Assembly: GCF_006345805.1 (NCBI RefSeq)
Contig: NW_021824251.1
Span: 1-19,451 of the forward strand
Source of the DNA: Octopus sinensis
Taxonomy: Eukaryota
Direction: 5' to 3'
Length of the DNA stretch: 19,451 nucleotides
Position numbers and translations under genes: made by a program. The notes below the pieces were generated by a model. The model was not told the origin of the DNA, did not search any database, and worked only from the letters and a program-made list of their open reading frames with translations. This document shows positions 1 through 9,624 of the stretch, piece by piece; position 1 is the first letter of the stretch; each line of letters opens with the position of its first letter.

Positions 1-84
1 GCCCAGAAGATGCCACGCGCGGGACTGACCCGGAACCATGTGGTTGGTTAGCAAGCTACTTACCATACAGCCACTCCTGCGCCT
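1..84 (-). mobile_element. SINE family A, 5' head (cut by window edge)
   Basis: Minus strand reads AGGCGCAGGAGTGGCTGTATGGTAAG...GGTTCCGGGTCAGTCCC, with Pol III A-box/B-box-like motifs. The same head recurs many times in the window. Confidence 0.85.
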
Positions 85-177
85 ATGTTCCTTTATTGAA
101 TAATCGTCCTTGCTGAGACTGTCAGCAAACTCCTCTATAACACCAACAATGACACACAACTACAACAAACTCATTGG

Positions 178-352
178 TAATGATAATCCCTGAAATTTTA
201 GGGGAGGTGGCAGGTCCACTAGATTACAATGACCCAGTGTTGACTGGTAGTACTTATTTATTCAGTGAAATTAGCAAAGCCACTCTTGGCAGAATCTGAA
301 CTCAGAATGTAAAGATGGACAAAATGCTGCTAAGCAATTTCAATGCCGCCTT
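178..352 (-). mobile_element. SINE family B, degenerate copy
   Basis: Shares GGCAGAAT.TGAACTCAGAATGTAA...GCTAAGCA and ACTGGTA.TTATTTTATT with 651-883; AAT-rich runs on both sides. Confidence 0.75.
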
Positions 353-355
353 AAC

Positions 356-505
356 AATGATAATAATAATTATCATATCAACTTTTTGGCACAAGGGCAG
401 CTCAGGGTAGGTGGGGACGAGTCAATTATATTGACCCTAGGGTTCAACTGGTACTCATTTTATTGACCCCAAAAGGATAAAAGGCAAAGTTGATCTCGGC
501 AGAAT
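356..505 (-). mobile_element. SINE family B, 3' half with (ATT)n at its tail
   Basis: GGCACAAGG tail motif, ACTGGTACTCATTTTATTGACCCC and AAAGGCAAAGTTGATCTCGGCAGAAT match other B copies. Confidence 0.8.
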
Positions 506-944
506 GATAATAATAATAATAATGATAATAATCTTTTCTACTCTAGGCACAAGGCCCGAATAGCTACTTAATTTATTGATCCCGGAATGATGGAAGGCAA
601 AGTTGACCTCGGCAGAATTTGAACTCAGAATGTAGAAATGGGCAAAATGCTTATTTCTTTACTACCCACAAGGGGCTAAACGCAGAGTGGGCAAACAAGG
701 ACAGACAAACGGATTAAGTCGATTATATCGACCCCAGTGCGTAACTGGTACTTATTTAATTGACCCCTAAAGGATGAAAGGCAAAGTCGACCTCGGCGGA
801 ATTTGAACTCAGAACGTAACAGCAGACGAAATACCGCAAAGCATTTCACCCGGTGTGCTAATGTTTCTGTCAGTTCACCACCTAGGTGAAATACTGCTAA
901 GCATTTCGTCAAGCATGCTAATGGTTCTACCATCTCACTGCCTT
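506..944 (-). mobile_element. SINE family B host copy (506-650 plus 884-944), split by a nested B copy
   Basis: 531-650 is tail and body; 884-944 is the missing head (minus AAGGCAGTGAGATGGTAGAACCATTAGC). The two parts join colinearly once 651-883 is removed. Confidence 0.75.
651..883 (-). mobile_element. SINE family B, near full length, variant tail, nested
   Basis: Head GGTGGTGAACTGACAGAAACATTAG, B-box GAGTTCAAATTCC, central GCCTTTCATCCTTTAGGGGTCAATTAAATAAGTACCAG (resembles the Meta/MESC-type SINE domain, from memory), tail GCCCCTTGTGGGTAGTAAAGAAATAA. Confidence 0.85.
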
Positions 945-970
945 AACGATAGTAATAATAATAATAATAA

Positions 971-1322
971 TTCTTTTATTAGCCACAAGGGCTTACATAA
1001 AATAACATGAAATGACATGACGCAACATAAAAGACCACACAAGACAAGAGAAAAGGTTTTCACCATGTAAACATCATATATAACAATAAAAAATTAAAAC
1101 TCACAAAAAGGGAAGTGCTTTAAAGGTCCCTGCAGGAAAACCCTCAAAAGCCACAGGTGCCTGATCAACAGGGCAAGAAGAGCACCTCTTTTATTTCTTC
1201 ACAGGTGTACACACGGAATTGGTACTTTCACACTGGCCATCCTTCTAACATTCACCCACATTTCAACAAACTTGCTACAAGGTAACACTTCTCTCTCCAA
1301 CCTCAACTTCCTTTCCCAGTGA

Positions 1323-1323
<1 letters not shown>
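971..1323 (-). mobile_element. 5'-truncated non-LTR retrotransposon 3' end, probably Tx1/L1 clade
   Basis: Minus 1321-1199 translates HWERKLRLEREVLPCSKFVEMWVNVRRMASVKVPIPCVHL*, resembling the R.E..F...W end of Tx1-type ORF2. It is followed by a U-rich 3'UTR ending ...GTGGCTAATAAAAGAA. (TAA)n lies on both sides. Confidence 0.65.
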
Positions 1324-1378
<55 letters not shown>

Positions 1379-1379
1379 T
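1324..1379. repeat. (TAA)n microsatellite between two LINE fragments
   Basis: About 18 perfect TAA units. Confidence 0.98.
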
Positions 1380-1665
1380 AATAAAAATTATATGAGAATG
1401 ATCCCTGGCTTACCATCCCTGCAAGAAGTGCAAAAGATTGTCTTAACTGGTACATCACACGTATTGAGAAGAGCATTGTCGATGTGAGAACTATTACTAC
1501 CCATGTATTTTAATTTAACTTTATTTCTATCAAAAAAAAACAAAAAACGAATGAACTAGTGAGTTTAGTTTAATGGCCTACCAATGTATACTATGAGTTT
1601 CTTTGCCCTAGGAGTCGGGAAGACACTCGGCAAGAAATGGAAGCAAATTTGAAAGAAGAAAAACC
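1380..1665 (+). mobile_element. 5'-truncated Dong/R4-clade non-LTR retrotransposon 3' end
   Basis: 1380-1487 translates NKNYMRMIPGLPSLQEVQKIVLTGTSHVLRRALSM*, matching the QK..L.GT..ILR..L C-terminus typical of R4/Dong elements. A 3'UTR with an A-rich end follows, then TAA repeats resume at 1671-1689. Dong elements are known TAA-repeat specialists. Confidence 0.75.
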
Positions 1666-1898
1666 CATAGATAATTAATAATAATAATATCGTTGTATTT
1701 CAGGATGCTACTTTTTTTATTTTTCCTTTTGCAAAACACACACACACATACACTATATATATTTGCTCTTCACTCATTTATTGCTGTTCTTATTCTGACT
1801 CATGTCTATCAATCTAAGTCCATTGATAACTGTGGTACTACTCTCCTGCATTTATAACCTTGACCATTGCATTGGACTTACACACAGTTCCTTCTTAA

Positions 1899-2097
1899 CC
1901 CTTTAGCATTCAGAGTATTTATTCACATTGTTTTGAATTAATCATGTTCTATCACATAGCTTTGAGATTTAAATGATATGATTGCTTATCATTAGAATAA
2001 CATTGCAGGGTAAGTGTGAGAGGCCAGATCTGGTTGGTTTGAACATGAAACAGGTAGAATATTTGAGCTGGATATGGCCAGTTTAAATGCTAAAGAG
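1899..2097. mobile_element. piggyBac-type MITE (199 bp)
   Basis: TTAA at 1895-1898 and 2098-2101; TIRs CCCTTTAGCATT / AATGCTAAAGAG (11 of 12 complementary). Confidence 0.85.
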
Positions 2098-2224
2098 TTA
2101 ATTAGCCAGTTCCCAAGTGATGAACTCGGCCAGAAGCAGGTAACTAAGGATGTTTCATACAAATGCAACCATCTTCGTGTTGTGCTGTTCATCAATAAAA
2201 TGGGAGGGTTGCCATCGGTGAAAG

Positions 2225-2335
2225 GTTGCCACAGGTGAGGGAGGAGCCACAGGCCAGGTGAGGGTGGATGCCACAGGTGAGGTAGGTGTCACAGGTTTGA
2301 AGGAAACTACAGGTGAGGTGGTGTCAGGGGAGGGA
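2225..2335. repeat. Degenerate ~18-bp GC-rich tandem repeat (GCCACAGGTGAGGGAGGA-like)
   Basis: ACAGG(T) recurs at about 2231, 2249, 2273, 2291 and 2309. Confidence 0.7.
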
Positions 2336-2619
2336 GAAGGGGCGCACTGGTATGGAGGGTGTGCTGTAGGTGGTGGTTTTCCATGAGAGTAGGGAGGGGG
2401 AATGTGTGTGGGGCAGAGAGGGGACATTACTGTTGCAGGTGAAATTGAAACAAAGATGATCAGGAATTTCCATAATGCACCACCATCTGGTTTGGAATTT
2501 CCTGGTCCAAGCAGATTAAATTCAAAAACAAAGGGTTGATATATAGAAGTTAAGAACTGGTGAATTAGCAAATCATAAGACAACACAAGATAGAATGCCT
2601 TTTCAGTATTTGTTCTGGT

Positions 2620-2705
2620 TCTCTGAGTGCTGAGTTCAAATCCTATTTGAAAACAACTTTGTTTATTTCATTCTTTTATAGACAGATTAATAATTAACTA
2701 GTCAA
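2620..2705 (+). mobile_element. Highly degraded SINE-B relic
   Basis: CTGAGTTCAAATCC...AACTTTG...TTTCATTCTTT resembles the B-box and central domain of family B. Confidence 0.4.
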
Positions 2706-3062
2706 GGATGTTTATGATTAATGAGCAAAATAGCTAAGAGTATCAGAGCAAGAAAACTTGTAACATCCTGTCTTCTACTGGTCTTTGTATTCTGATGTTT
2801 ATAAGCCTTGTATGTCCTACAAAGTGACACGTTGACTGGAGGCAATATCTTGATCGCATAAACAAAACAAGTAGATTCATATACTAAAAACAAGTTAAAC
2901 ATGAGATAAAAATGAAGAAAACAATTGATTTGCATAGCTCTTGTTTTGCTCCTGTCAGCTTTCACTAAGCAGGCCAACGATTATTGAAAGACATTCCAAC
3001 AATGATCATCTAGTTTAATACAGAATATCTACAACTACATTCTTTAAATTCTTTTCTTGTTT

Positions 3063-3459
3063 ACCTTTTATTTGTTTCAGTCATTAGATGTGGCCATGCT
3101 GGGGCACTGCCTTGAAGAGTTTTTAAGTCAAACAAATCGAAACCAGTATGTTTTTAAAAAAAATTTTTTAGAACCAGTTACTCATTCTATTAGTCTCTTT
3201 TGCTGAATTGCTAAGTTACAGGGACATAACCAAATCAATACAGGTTGTCAAGCGGTGATGGTGGACAAACACAGACACGAAGACACACACATAAATACAT
3301 ATATTCTTCCAATTTCCGTCTACTAAATCCATTCACAAGGCCTTGTTCAGCCCAAGGCTATAGCAGAAGACACTTGTCCTAGGTGTCATAGAATGAGACT
3401 GAACCTGGAACCATGTGGTTGAGAAGCAATCTTCTTACCACACAGTCACACATGCGCCT
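3063..3459 (-). mobile_element. SINE family A, full length
   Basis: Head at 3459, internal (GT)-rich linker, tail ...GCATGGCCACATCTAATGACTGAAACAAATAAAAG; colinear with 12390-12718 and 14448-14792. Confidence 0.88.
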
Positions 3460-3859
3460 TTATGCCTGCAGGCTTTCTATCATGGTAACGCTTGCTGAGG
3501 AAGGTGAGGCAATAATGCTAGTCCAGAAACCAGTTCATATGAGTCTAAATACTTCAATGTATGTTGACACATGGTCCTAGCCAGTTTGTCTGCAGACGGT
3601 TGATTTCTATAGTCACCATCAGTTTTTTCCAGCGATTTAAATAAGGGTGTTGACTGTTATTTCCAGCAGGTAGACATACTTAGTATCTCCTTTGATGAGA
3701 TGATGATGATGAAGCTATTTAATGTGTATTTTGGGCCTGCAATCACCTATATTATTGATTCTCTTATTATCATTTTTAATTGTTACATTAGATAATAAAA
3801 GAGTCAATAATATCTTTGCAAATATTTTCTCATGAATTATTTGCTTCATGTTGAAATTA

Positions 3860-4056
3860 TACACACACTCACACATATATATGACAGGCTTTTTTCAGTT
3901 TCCGTCTAACAAATTCACTCATAAGGCTTTGGTTGGCTCAAGGCTATAGCAGAAGACACTTGTCCAAGGTGCCATGTAGTGGGACTGAGCCTGGCACCAT
4001 GTGGTCACACCTGTGTCTTTTGGCACTTCTGCACCTATAAAGCCACTCCTGTGCCT
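3860..4056 (-). mobile_element. SINE family A, 5' half
   Basis: CAGTTTCCGTCTAACAAATTCACTCATAAGGC...GAAGACACTTGTCCAAGGTGCC...GCCACTCCTGTGCCT. Confidence 0.85.
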
Positions 4057-4227
4057 AAATGGAATGTCTAGAACTCTATTGTTTTAGAAGGGGAGGACAT
4101 GTCTGTCTTCATCATTTTACAAGACTATGTGATTTGAAAGGGATTCTATTGTTAATTCTCGTAGGTCAAAAGAACTGAATGGATAAGAGTCTTCCATGGT
4201 GGTATATGAATTCCCATTAAAATAGTA

Positions 4228-4346
4228 ATCATCATCACCATCACCACTACTTAACATCTGTTTCCTATGCTGGTGTAGGTTCAACAGGAGCCAACAAACC
4301 AGAGAACTGTGCCAACCTCGACCGTCTGCTTAGGCATGGTTTCTAC
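4228..4346 (-). mobile_element. Retroposon 3' tail fragment ending in (GAT)n
   Basis: Reverse complement resembles 17275-17400 (…GCATAGGAAACAGATGTTAAG + GAT/GGT repeats). Confidence 0.55.
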
Positions 4347-4439
4347 ATGTGTGTAGCAACTACATTGTAAGTGAACCATTTGATAAAACGCAAGGATGTT
4401 AGATTCACTTTAAGTTTTAAATTTAAATTCATTAAATAT

Positions 4440-4490
4440 TGATTTCAAATTCTGGCACAAGGCCAGCAAATTCGGGGGAGGGGGAATAGT
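4440..4490 (-). mobile_element. SINE-B tail fragment
   Basis: TTTCAAATTCTGGCACAAGGCCAGCAAATT is the reverse complement of 13945-13972. Confidence 0.65.
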
Positions 4491-4624
4491 TTTCCATTTT
4501 GTAAAAATTGCTTTTCCATGATGTGGAGTTAATTCAGCTCCAACATAAAATCTCAGATCAAATATTATTGACTAGACAAAGAAAAAAACAAACAAACACA
4601 CACACACACACAAAAAAAAACTAT

Positions 4625-4793
4625 AGGTGCAGGTGTTTCTGTATGGTAAGAAGTTTGCTTTCCAACAACTTGGTTCCAGGTTCAGTCCACTTTGTGACAC
4701 ATTGGAAAAGTGTCTTCTACTACAGTTTTGTGCTGACCAAACCCTTGTGAGTGAACTTGGTAGATGGAAACTGAAAGAAGCTTTTCATATATA

Positions 4794-4825
<32 letters not shown>

Positions 4826-4845
4826 CATGCACACACATACATACA

Positions 4846-4902
<57 letters not shown>

Positions 4903-4925
4903 ATATATCAATGCATGTGTGTCTT
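4625..4925 (+). mobile_element. SINE family A, 5' half with an expanded internal (TA)n/(TG)n linker
   Basis: AGGTGCAGGTGTTTCTGTATGGTAAGAAG...GGTTCAGTCCAC...GATGGAAACTGAAAGAAGC, then a microsatellite at 4788-4908. Confidence 0.85.
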
Positions 4926-4973
4926 TGGATCTGAAATTTATAATCAATGACTCTGTCAAAGTTACTGTTAACC

Positions 4974-5196
4974 AATGATAGCCACTCATGTCAATTTTCT
5001 CATATGAGATAATGATAGCCACTCCTGTCACTTTTGACATATGAGACAATGCTAGTCACTCACATCGATTTTGACATGACGTAAGAGGCAATGATAGCCA
5101 CTCATGTCAATTTTGACATACGAGTTAATCATAGCCACTCTCGTCATTTTTGACATATGAGACAATGCTAGTCACTCACGTTGATTTTGACATATG
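4974..5196. repeat. 37-bp palindromic minisatellite, 6 units
   Basis: Units start at 4974, 5011, 5048, 5090, 5127 and 5164; consensus AATGATAGCCACTCATGTCAATTTTGACATATGAGAC. Confidence 0.95.
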
Positions 5197-5439
5197 TGTG
5201 TTTGAAGAAGAGGATTTTAAAACAAAAAGAATTTAAAATAAAAGCAAGTTGCATCTATTTGTAACAGATATGTGAATGTAATTTGAGTTCAGGTATGGAT
5301 TTTGCTGTGTAGTCACAATGGGGACAGTGATGATTTTGATTTTGCTAGGGGATAATGATGATTTTCATTTTGTCTTTTGGTTGCGAGATGTAATTTTCTT
5401 TGATGGTTAGTTGGGGGTAGGGGTGCTGGGAATGTGGCT

Positions 5440-5483
5440 TGGGTGTCAAGGGGGTGGCAGTCCAGAAAGTTTGGAAACCACTG
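5440..5483. mobile_element. Possible hAT (Charlie-like) terminal relic
   Basis: Ends AAAGTTTGGAAACCACTG (reverse complement CAGTGGTTTCCAAAC, a hAT-like TIR). No partner end found. Confidence 0.35.
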
Positions 5484-5499
5484 TACTAAACTATATTTC

Positions 5500-5705
5500 T
5501 TTTATTCTATTTATTTGTTTCAGTCATTTGACTGCAGCCATGCTGGAGCACTGCCTTTAGTCAAAGAAATCGACCCCAGGACTTATTCTTTGTAAGTCTA
5601 GTACTTATTCTGCTGGTCTCTTTTGCCGAGCTGCTAAGTTATGGGAATGTAAACACACCAACGTCGTTTAACAAGCAATGGCTGAGGCACAACCATAGAC
5701 ACAAA
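5500..5705 (-). mobile_element. SINE family A, 3' half
   Basis: TTGTTTCAGTCATTTGACTGCAGCCATGCTGGAGCAC...GCTAAGTTATGGGAATGTAAACACACC. Confidence 0.85.
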
Positions 5706-6002
5706 TATAAGAATAAAAGGATCTTTTCTTTTTGAAAGCCAGATTTTTCTAGTTAACTAAATAATTTGAAACTTCGTATACTGGTAGAATGTGTCAAAAG
5801 AAAACAATTTCAACTAGTTTTTTTGACAAAAACGTATTTTATAAGTTTAAACGTAGTTTAAATCTGCGAATTTTAACCAATCGTATTGTCTGTTTTCATT
5901 TGAAATTATTAGCTGCATAGTGTTACTGTGACGTAGACAGCTATTTTGTGAGTGGGTAAGCAGTAAGCAAACAGCTGTGGTAGATGTGGTTATCATGGCA
6001 GT

Positions 6003-6084
6003 AAGGTTTCAATTCTGACATAAGGTCAGCAATTTTAAGGGAAAGGGTCAGTCGAATGCACTGGAGTCCTGCATGCAACTGGTA
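6003..6084 (-). mobile_element. SINE-B tail fragment
   Basis: GGTTTCAATTCTGACATAAGGTCAGCAATTTT...AACTGGTAC. Confidence 0.55.
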
Positions 6085-6273
6085 CACAAACACAAAAATA
6101 TATATACACACACACACACACACGCGCGCGCATGTGTGCATGTGTGTGTACAATGTGCTTCTTTCAGTTTCCTTCTATCAAGTCCACTCAGAGGGCATTT
6201 GCTCAAGGTGCTATGCAGTGGGACCTAACCTGGAACCATGTAGTTTGAAAACAAGCTTCTTATGACACAGCCA
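6085..6273 (-). mobile_element. SINE family A, 5' half (possibly the same copy as 5500-5705)
   Basis: CTTCTTTCAGTTTCC...CAAGGTGCTATGCAGTGGGACC...GGAACCATG...ACACAGCCA. Confidence 0.75.
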
Positions 6274-7156
6274 TTTCTTTTAGTGTACAGTTTGTAGTTT
6301 TTCGTAATTTAAAGTAGTTTGTTTTTGTAATTTTTTGCCCCACCCCCACCCAAAATTTTCATTGAAGAACTTTTCCCCTTTTCTATTGCCTTTTCCAACG
6401 TTCCATATGACTTTATTCATTTAAACTTATTTAAGACTTCAAAACTTCTTCTAACTTCCGTCTTCGTAATAATATAAAGCATTCCTTTTGTTGAAAGTTT
6501 GTCGCAATGTTTACTAGACAGCTTCCAAATTCTGTTTTGCGATTGGGTAAAAACAACCAAACTTTAAACCTCTGTAACATTTTACCAAAATTTTTCTGGA
6601 ACAAATGAATAACGACACCAGCATCATTGTGAAAAAATTACATTAAAGATGTGAAAATTTACACTTCATTTTAAAATTTCGAAAACTGTTACAGCAACAG
6701 AAAAGATTCGTAAAACCTTCAATTAGCCAAAGGAACGAACTCACATCCTATCCAATTATCTTATCTGCCTACCTGCTTCTTACGCATTTGCAAATAAACT
6801 CTCGGCCAAACATACTCACGTGCTTTATCTCCCTGGTCATGTTTGCCTTTTTATACATAGTAATATACACTGTATGTGCATGTACGTATGTGTATATGCG
6901 TGTGTAAGTGTTTGTGTGGACATGATGCGGTTGTTGACAGATGGCCGTTACATATTTAGCACGCAGTTTTTTAAAATTTTAGTTTAAATGTATGCCTTTA
7001 ACATATGGTTCTGAATATTAGAGGTTAAGTGTACAAACAATCTTATCACATTAAGCTAGTAAGATCGCTAAAAATGAGTCAATGACCAGAATAATTTGTA
7101 ACTGAAAAGACTTTGGCGCTGTGCATGAGTAAAAGTCAAAAAATAAATGTTGATTA

Positions 7157-8430
7157 CTCTTTCTCTCTCCTCTCTTTCTTCCTATTTCTTCTCTCTCTTC
7201 CTCTTTTTGTCTCTCTTCCTTTCCCCTCTCTCTTTCTCTCCCCTCTCTCGCTTCCTCTCTCCCCTATTTTCCTCTCTCTTCCTTCCCCTCTCTCTCTTTC
7301 TCTCCCCTCTCTCGCTTCATCTCTCCCCTCTCTCGCTTCATCTCTCCCCTCTCTCTTTTCTCTCCCTCTTTCTGTCTCACTTTACTCTGTCTCTCTTCTC
7401 ACTTCTCTCTGTCTCTCTCTTCTCACTTCTCTCTTCTCACTTCTCTCTTCTCACTTCTCTCTGTCTCTCTCTTCTTACTTCTCTCTATCTCTCTCTTCTC
7501 ACTTCTCTCTGTCTCTCTCTTCTCACTTCTTTCTATCTCTCTCCCTCTCTCTTTTGATTTGTATCTGTCTGTCTGTCTCTGTCTCTCTCTCTCTCTCTAA
7601 TGCACACATACTTAGTGTTTCTGTTTCTCACGTATACATAGTAATACACACACTCTCTCTCACTTTCATGTGCATGCATGGACAAACTGTTTCCGCGTCT
7701 CTCACACATATACAATGATACACATACACACATACACTCTCTCTTTTCTCCCTTCTCCTTCTCCTCCTCTTCCCTCTCCTCTTGTCTTCCTCATACACAC
7801 TTAAACAGACACTGTCTGTATCACACAGAAACACACACACGCTCTATCTATCTATCTATCTATCTATCTATTTATCCTATAACTCATACACATACATACA
7901 AAGACACTGTTTCTGTGTCTGTCACACATGTACATTGATATATACACACACACGCACACATATTCGCACACGCATACGCGTCCACATACACACACACGTT
8001 CTCCCTATCCTCCCACGCTTACCCTTTCTCTCTTTACATTCATTACCACATTTACATTCATAAGCAGTCTTTGTCTCTCTCTCTCTCCCTCCCACTTACA
8101 CAGTATGCACACCAACACCTTCTGTCTCTTTGTCTCTCTCTCTCTCTCTCCCTTCCTCTCATACACACTCCTGTGCATTAATGTAGAAATAGGAACACAT
8201 ACACGCAGTCTCTCTCTTTCGCACGTGCGCGTCTCTCTCTCTCTCACTCACTCTCTTTTTCACGTGCATTTCACTCTCTTTCTCTCTAGCATTTGTGTTT
8301 TACTCTCTCTCTTGTTTCTCTCTCCCGCGTGCGTTTCTCCCTCTCTCTCCTTGTTTTCTCTTTCTCGTTTCTCTCTCCTTGTTTTCTATCTCTCGTTTCT
8401 CTCTCTCACTTTTTCTTTCTATCTCTCGGC
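7157..8430. repeat. Large compound (CT)n/(CA)n/(TCTA)n low-complexity block
   Basis: Polypyrimidine tracts at 7157-7600 and 8060-8430, (TCTA)n at 7843-7873, CA tracts between. Confidence 0.95.
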
Positions 8431-9234
8431 CCCTAAACGCGTATAGACGTATACACGTGCACACAGATGTGTGTGAATGGTTGACATATTCTGACCGAGA
8501 TAAATAAATATTCATACTTACAGAGAGGGACAAATGTTTATTCAGGTTTTTTCAGAGAGACTTTAGGTTTAAGGAGAAATGTATGGTATATGTGGCTTTC
8601 ATGCCTTTCCTAAGCGGCACGTGGAATTACTAAAGAGACTAACATTTGTGTACATGTATGTATGTATATGTATGCATGTGTGTGTACATGTATGTATGGA
8701 TATGTATGTATGTGTGTGTGCATGTTTCTGTGCATGTATACATGTACTAGCGTAGCTAGAGTGTGTTTCACCCGGTGTGTGCTACCCCTGGATCCCACAA
8801 AAAAAGCACATTGCCTGCAACAGACCTAAAAGTCCACCCCTTTAAAAGTGTCACCCCTACCATCCACTAGCTATGCTAGTGTATGCATGTGGTTGTGTAT
8901 GTGTGTGTGTGTAAAGTTCTTTGGATATTATTATGTTGGTAAGAAAGAGCAAGAATTTTTTTGTTACTCTATACGAAAGTCATATTTAATGTAGAGCAGA
9001 GTTCCAATAATTATTAAGACAATTCTGTTGTCACATTAGAAAAGCAGCTTTTCAATGATACTTCTTCCTGCTTGCACTTTGTAGTTTTAGAGAATCAGTA
9101 CATGCAGACCAATTCCACTCTTTAGACTTGGGGATTTGCTCACAGTGGCTCAGTGAGCTAAGATGGTTGTGGTCTACTCAACTGTAATCTCCACAAAAAT
9201 TTGCAGCTTTCTGCAACTGGGTTACAGATAATAA

Positions 9235-9624
9235 TCTATATATATAAAGCTGAAGTTGTCTGTGTGTGGTAGGTTTGGTAGCCTTCAACTAACACTATCT
9301 TCTCCGAGACCCTGCGACACAAATTGACCAAAATTGAGAGTATGATAGAAGAAGGCTTGCTCTTCATTCCGTAAAAGAAAAAATTCAAATCGGACCATTG
9401 TTAGACCAAAAATTATTTTTACATCAAAAAGGTGCTTTTTTTCTATGAAAATCCCTATTTTTTATGATTTTTGACTGCTGTGTTGCCATTTTTCGGTGTA
9501 TTTCAACCAGAAAAATTTCACTTAAAGAGAATAACAAGCTACATATTGCAAAATTTTTACTTTTCAAAAATTCCAATTCTAAAGGGTCAAAACAAACCCA
9601 GGCAATGCTGAGCGATACCACTAG
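9235..9624 (+). mobile_element. Non-autonomous Helitron (390 bp)
   Basis: Starts A|TCTATATATATAAAG and ends CTAG|T, with no TSD and a decayed GC hairpin CCCAGGCAATGCTGAG shortly before the CTAG. Confidence 0.85.

Noticed and set aside
676-933. 85-aa ORF
   Set aside because: Lies wholly within nested SINE-B sequence.
2105-2540. Plus-strand intron CAG|GTAACT (2140) to TTGCAG (2438), and a C-box GTGATGA near 2118
   Set aside because: Joined frames hit stops almost at once, and there is no nearby D box for a snoRNA.
4974-5196. CRISPR array (37-bp palindromic repeats)
   Set aside because: Units are contiguous with no unique spacers, there are no cas genes, and the context is eukaryotic.
6280-7150. 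Exon or promoter in the unique AT-rich stretch
   Set aside because: Only isolated donor-like motifs and no coherent ORF; cannot be supported from sequence alone.
7113-8533. Ser/Leu-rich membrane-like and Arg/Glu-rich ORFs
   Set aside because: Translations of (CT)n and (CA)n.
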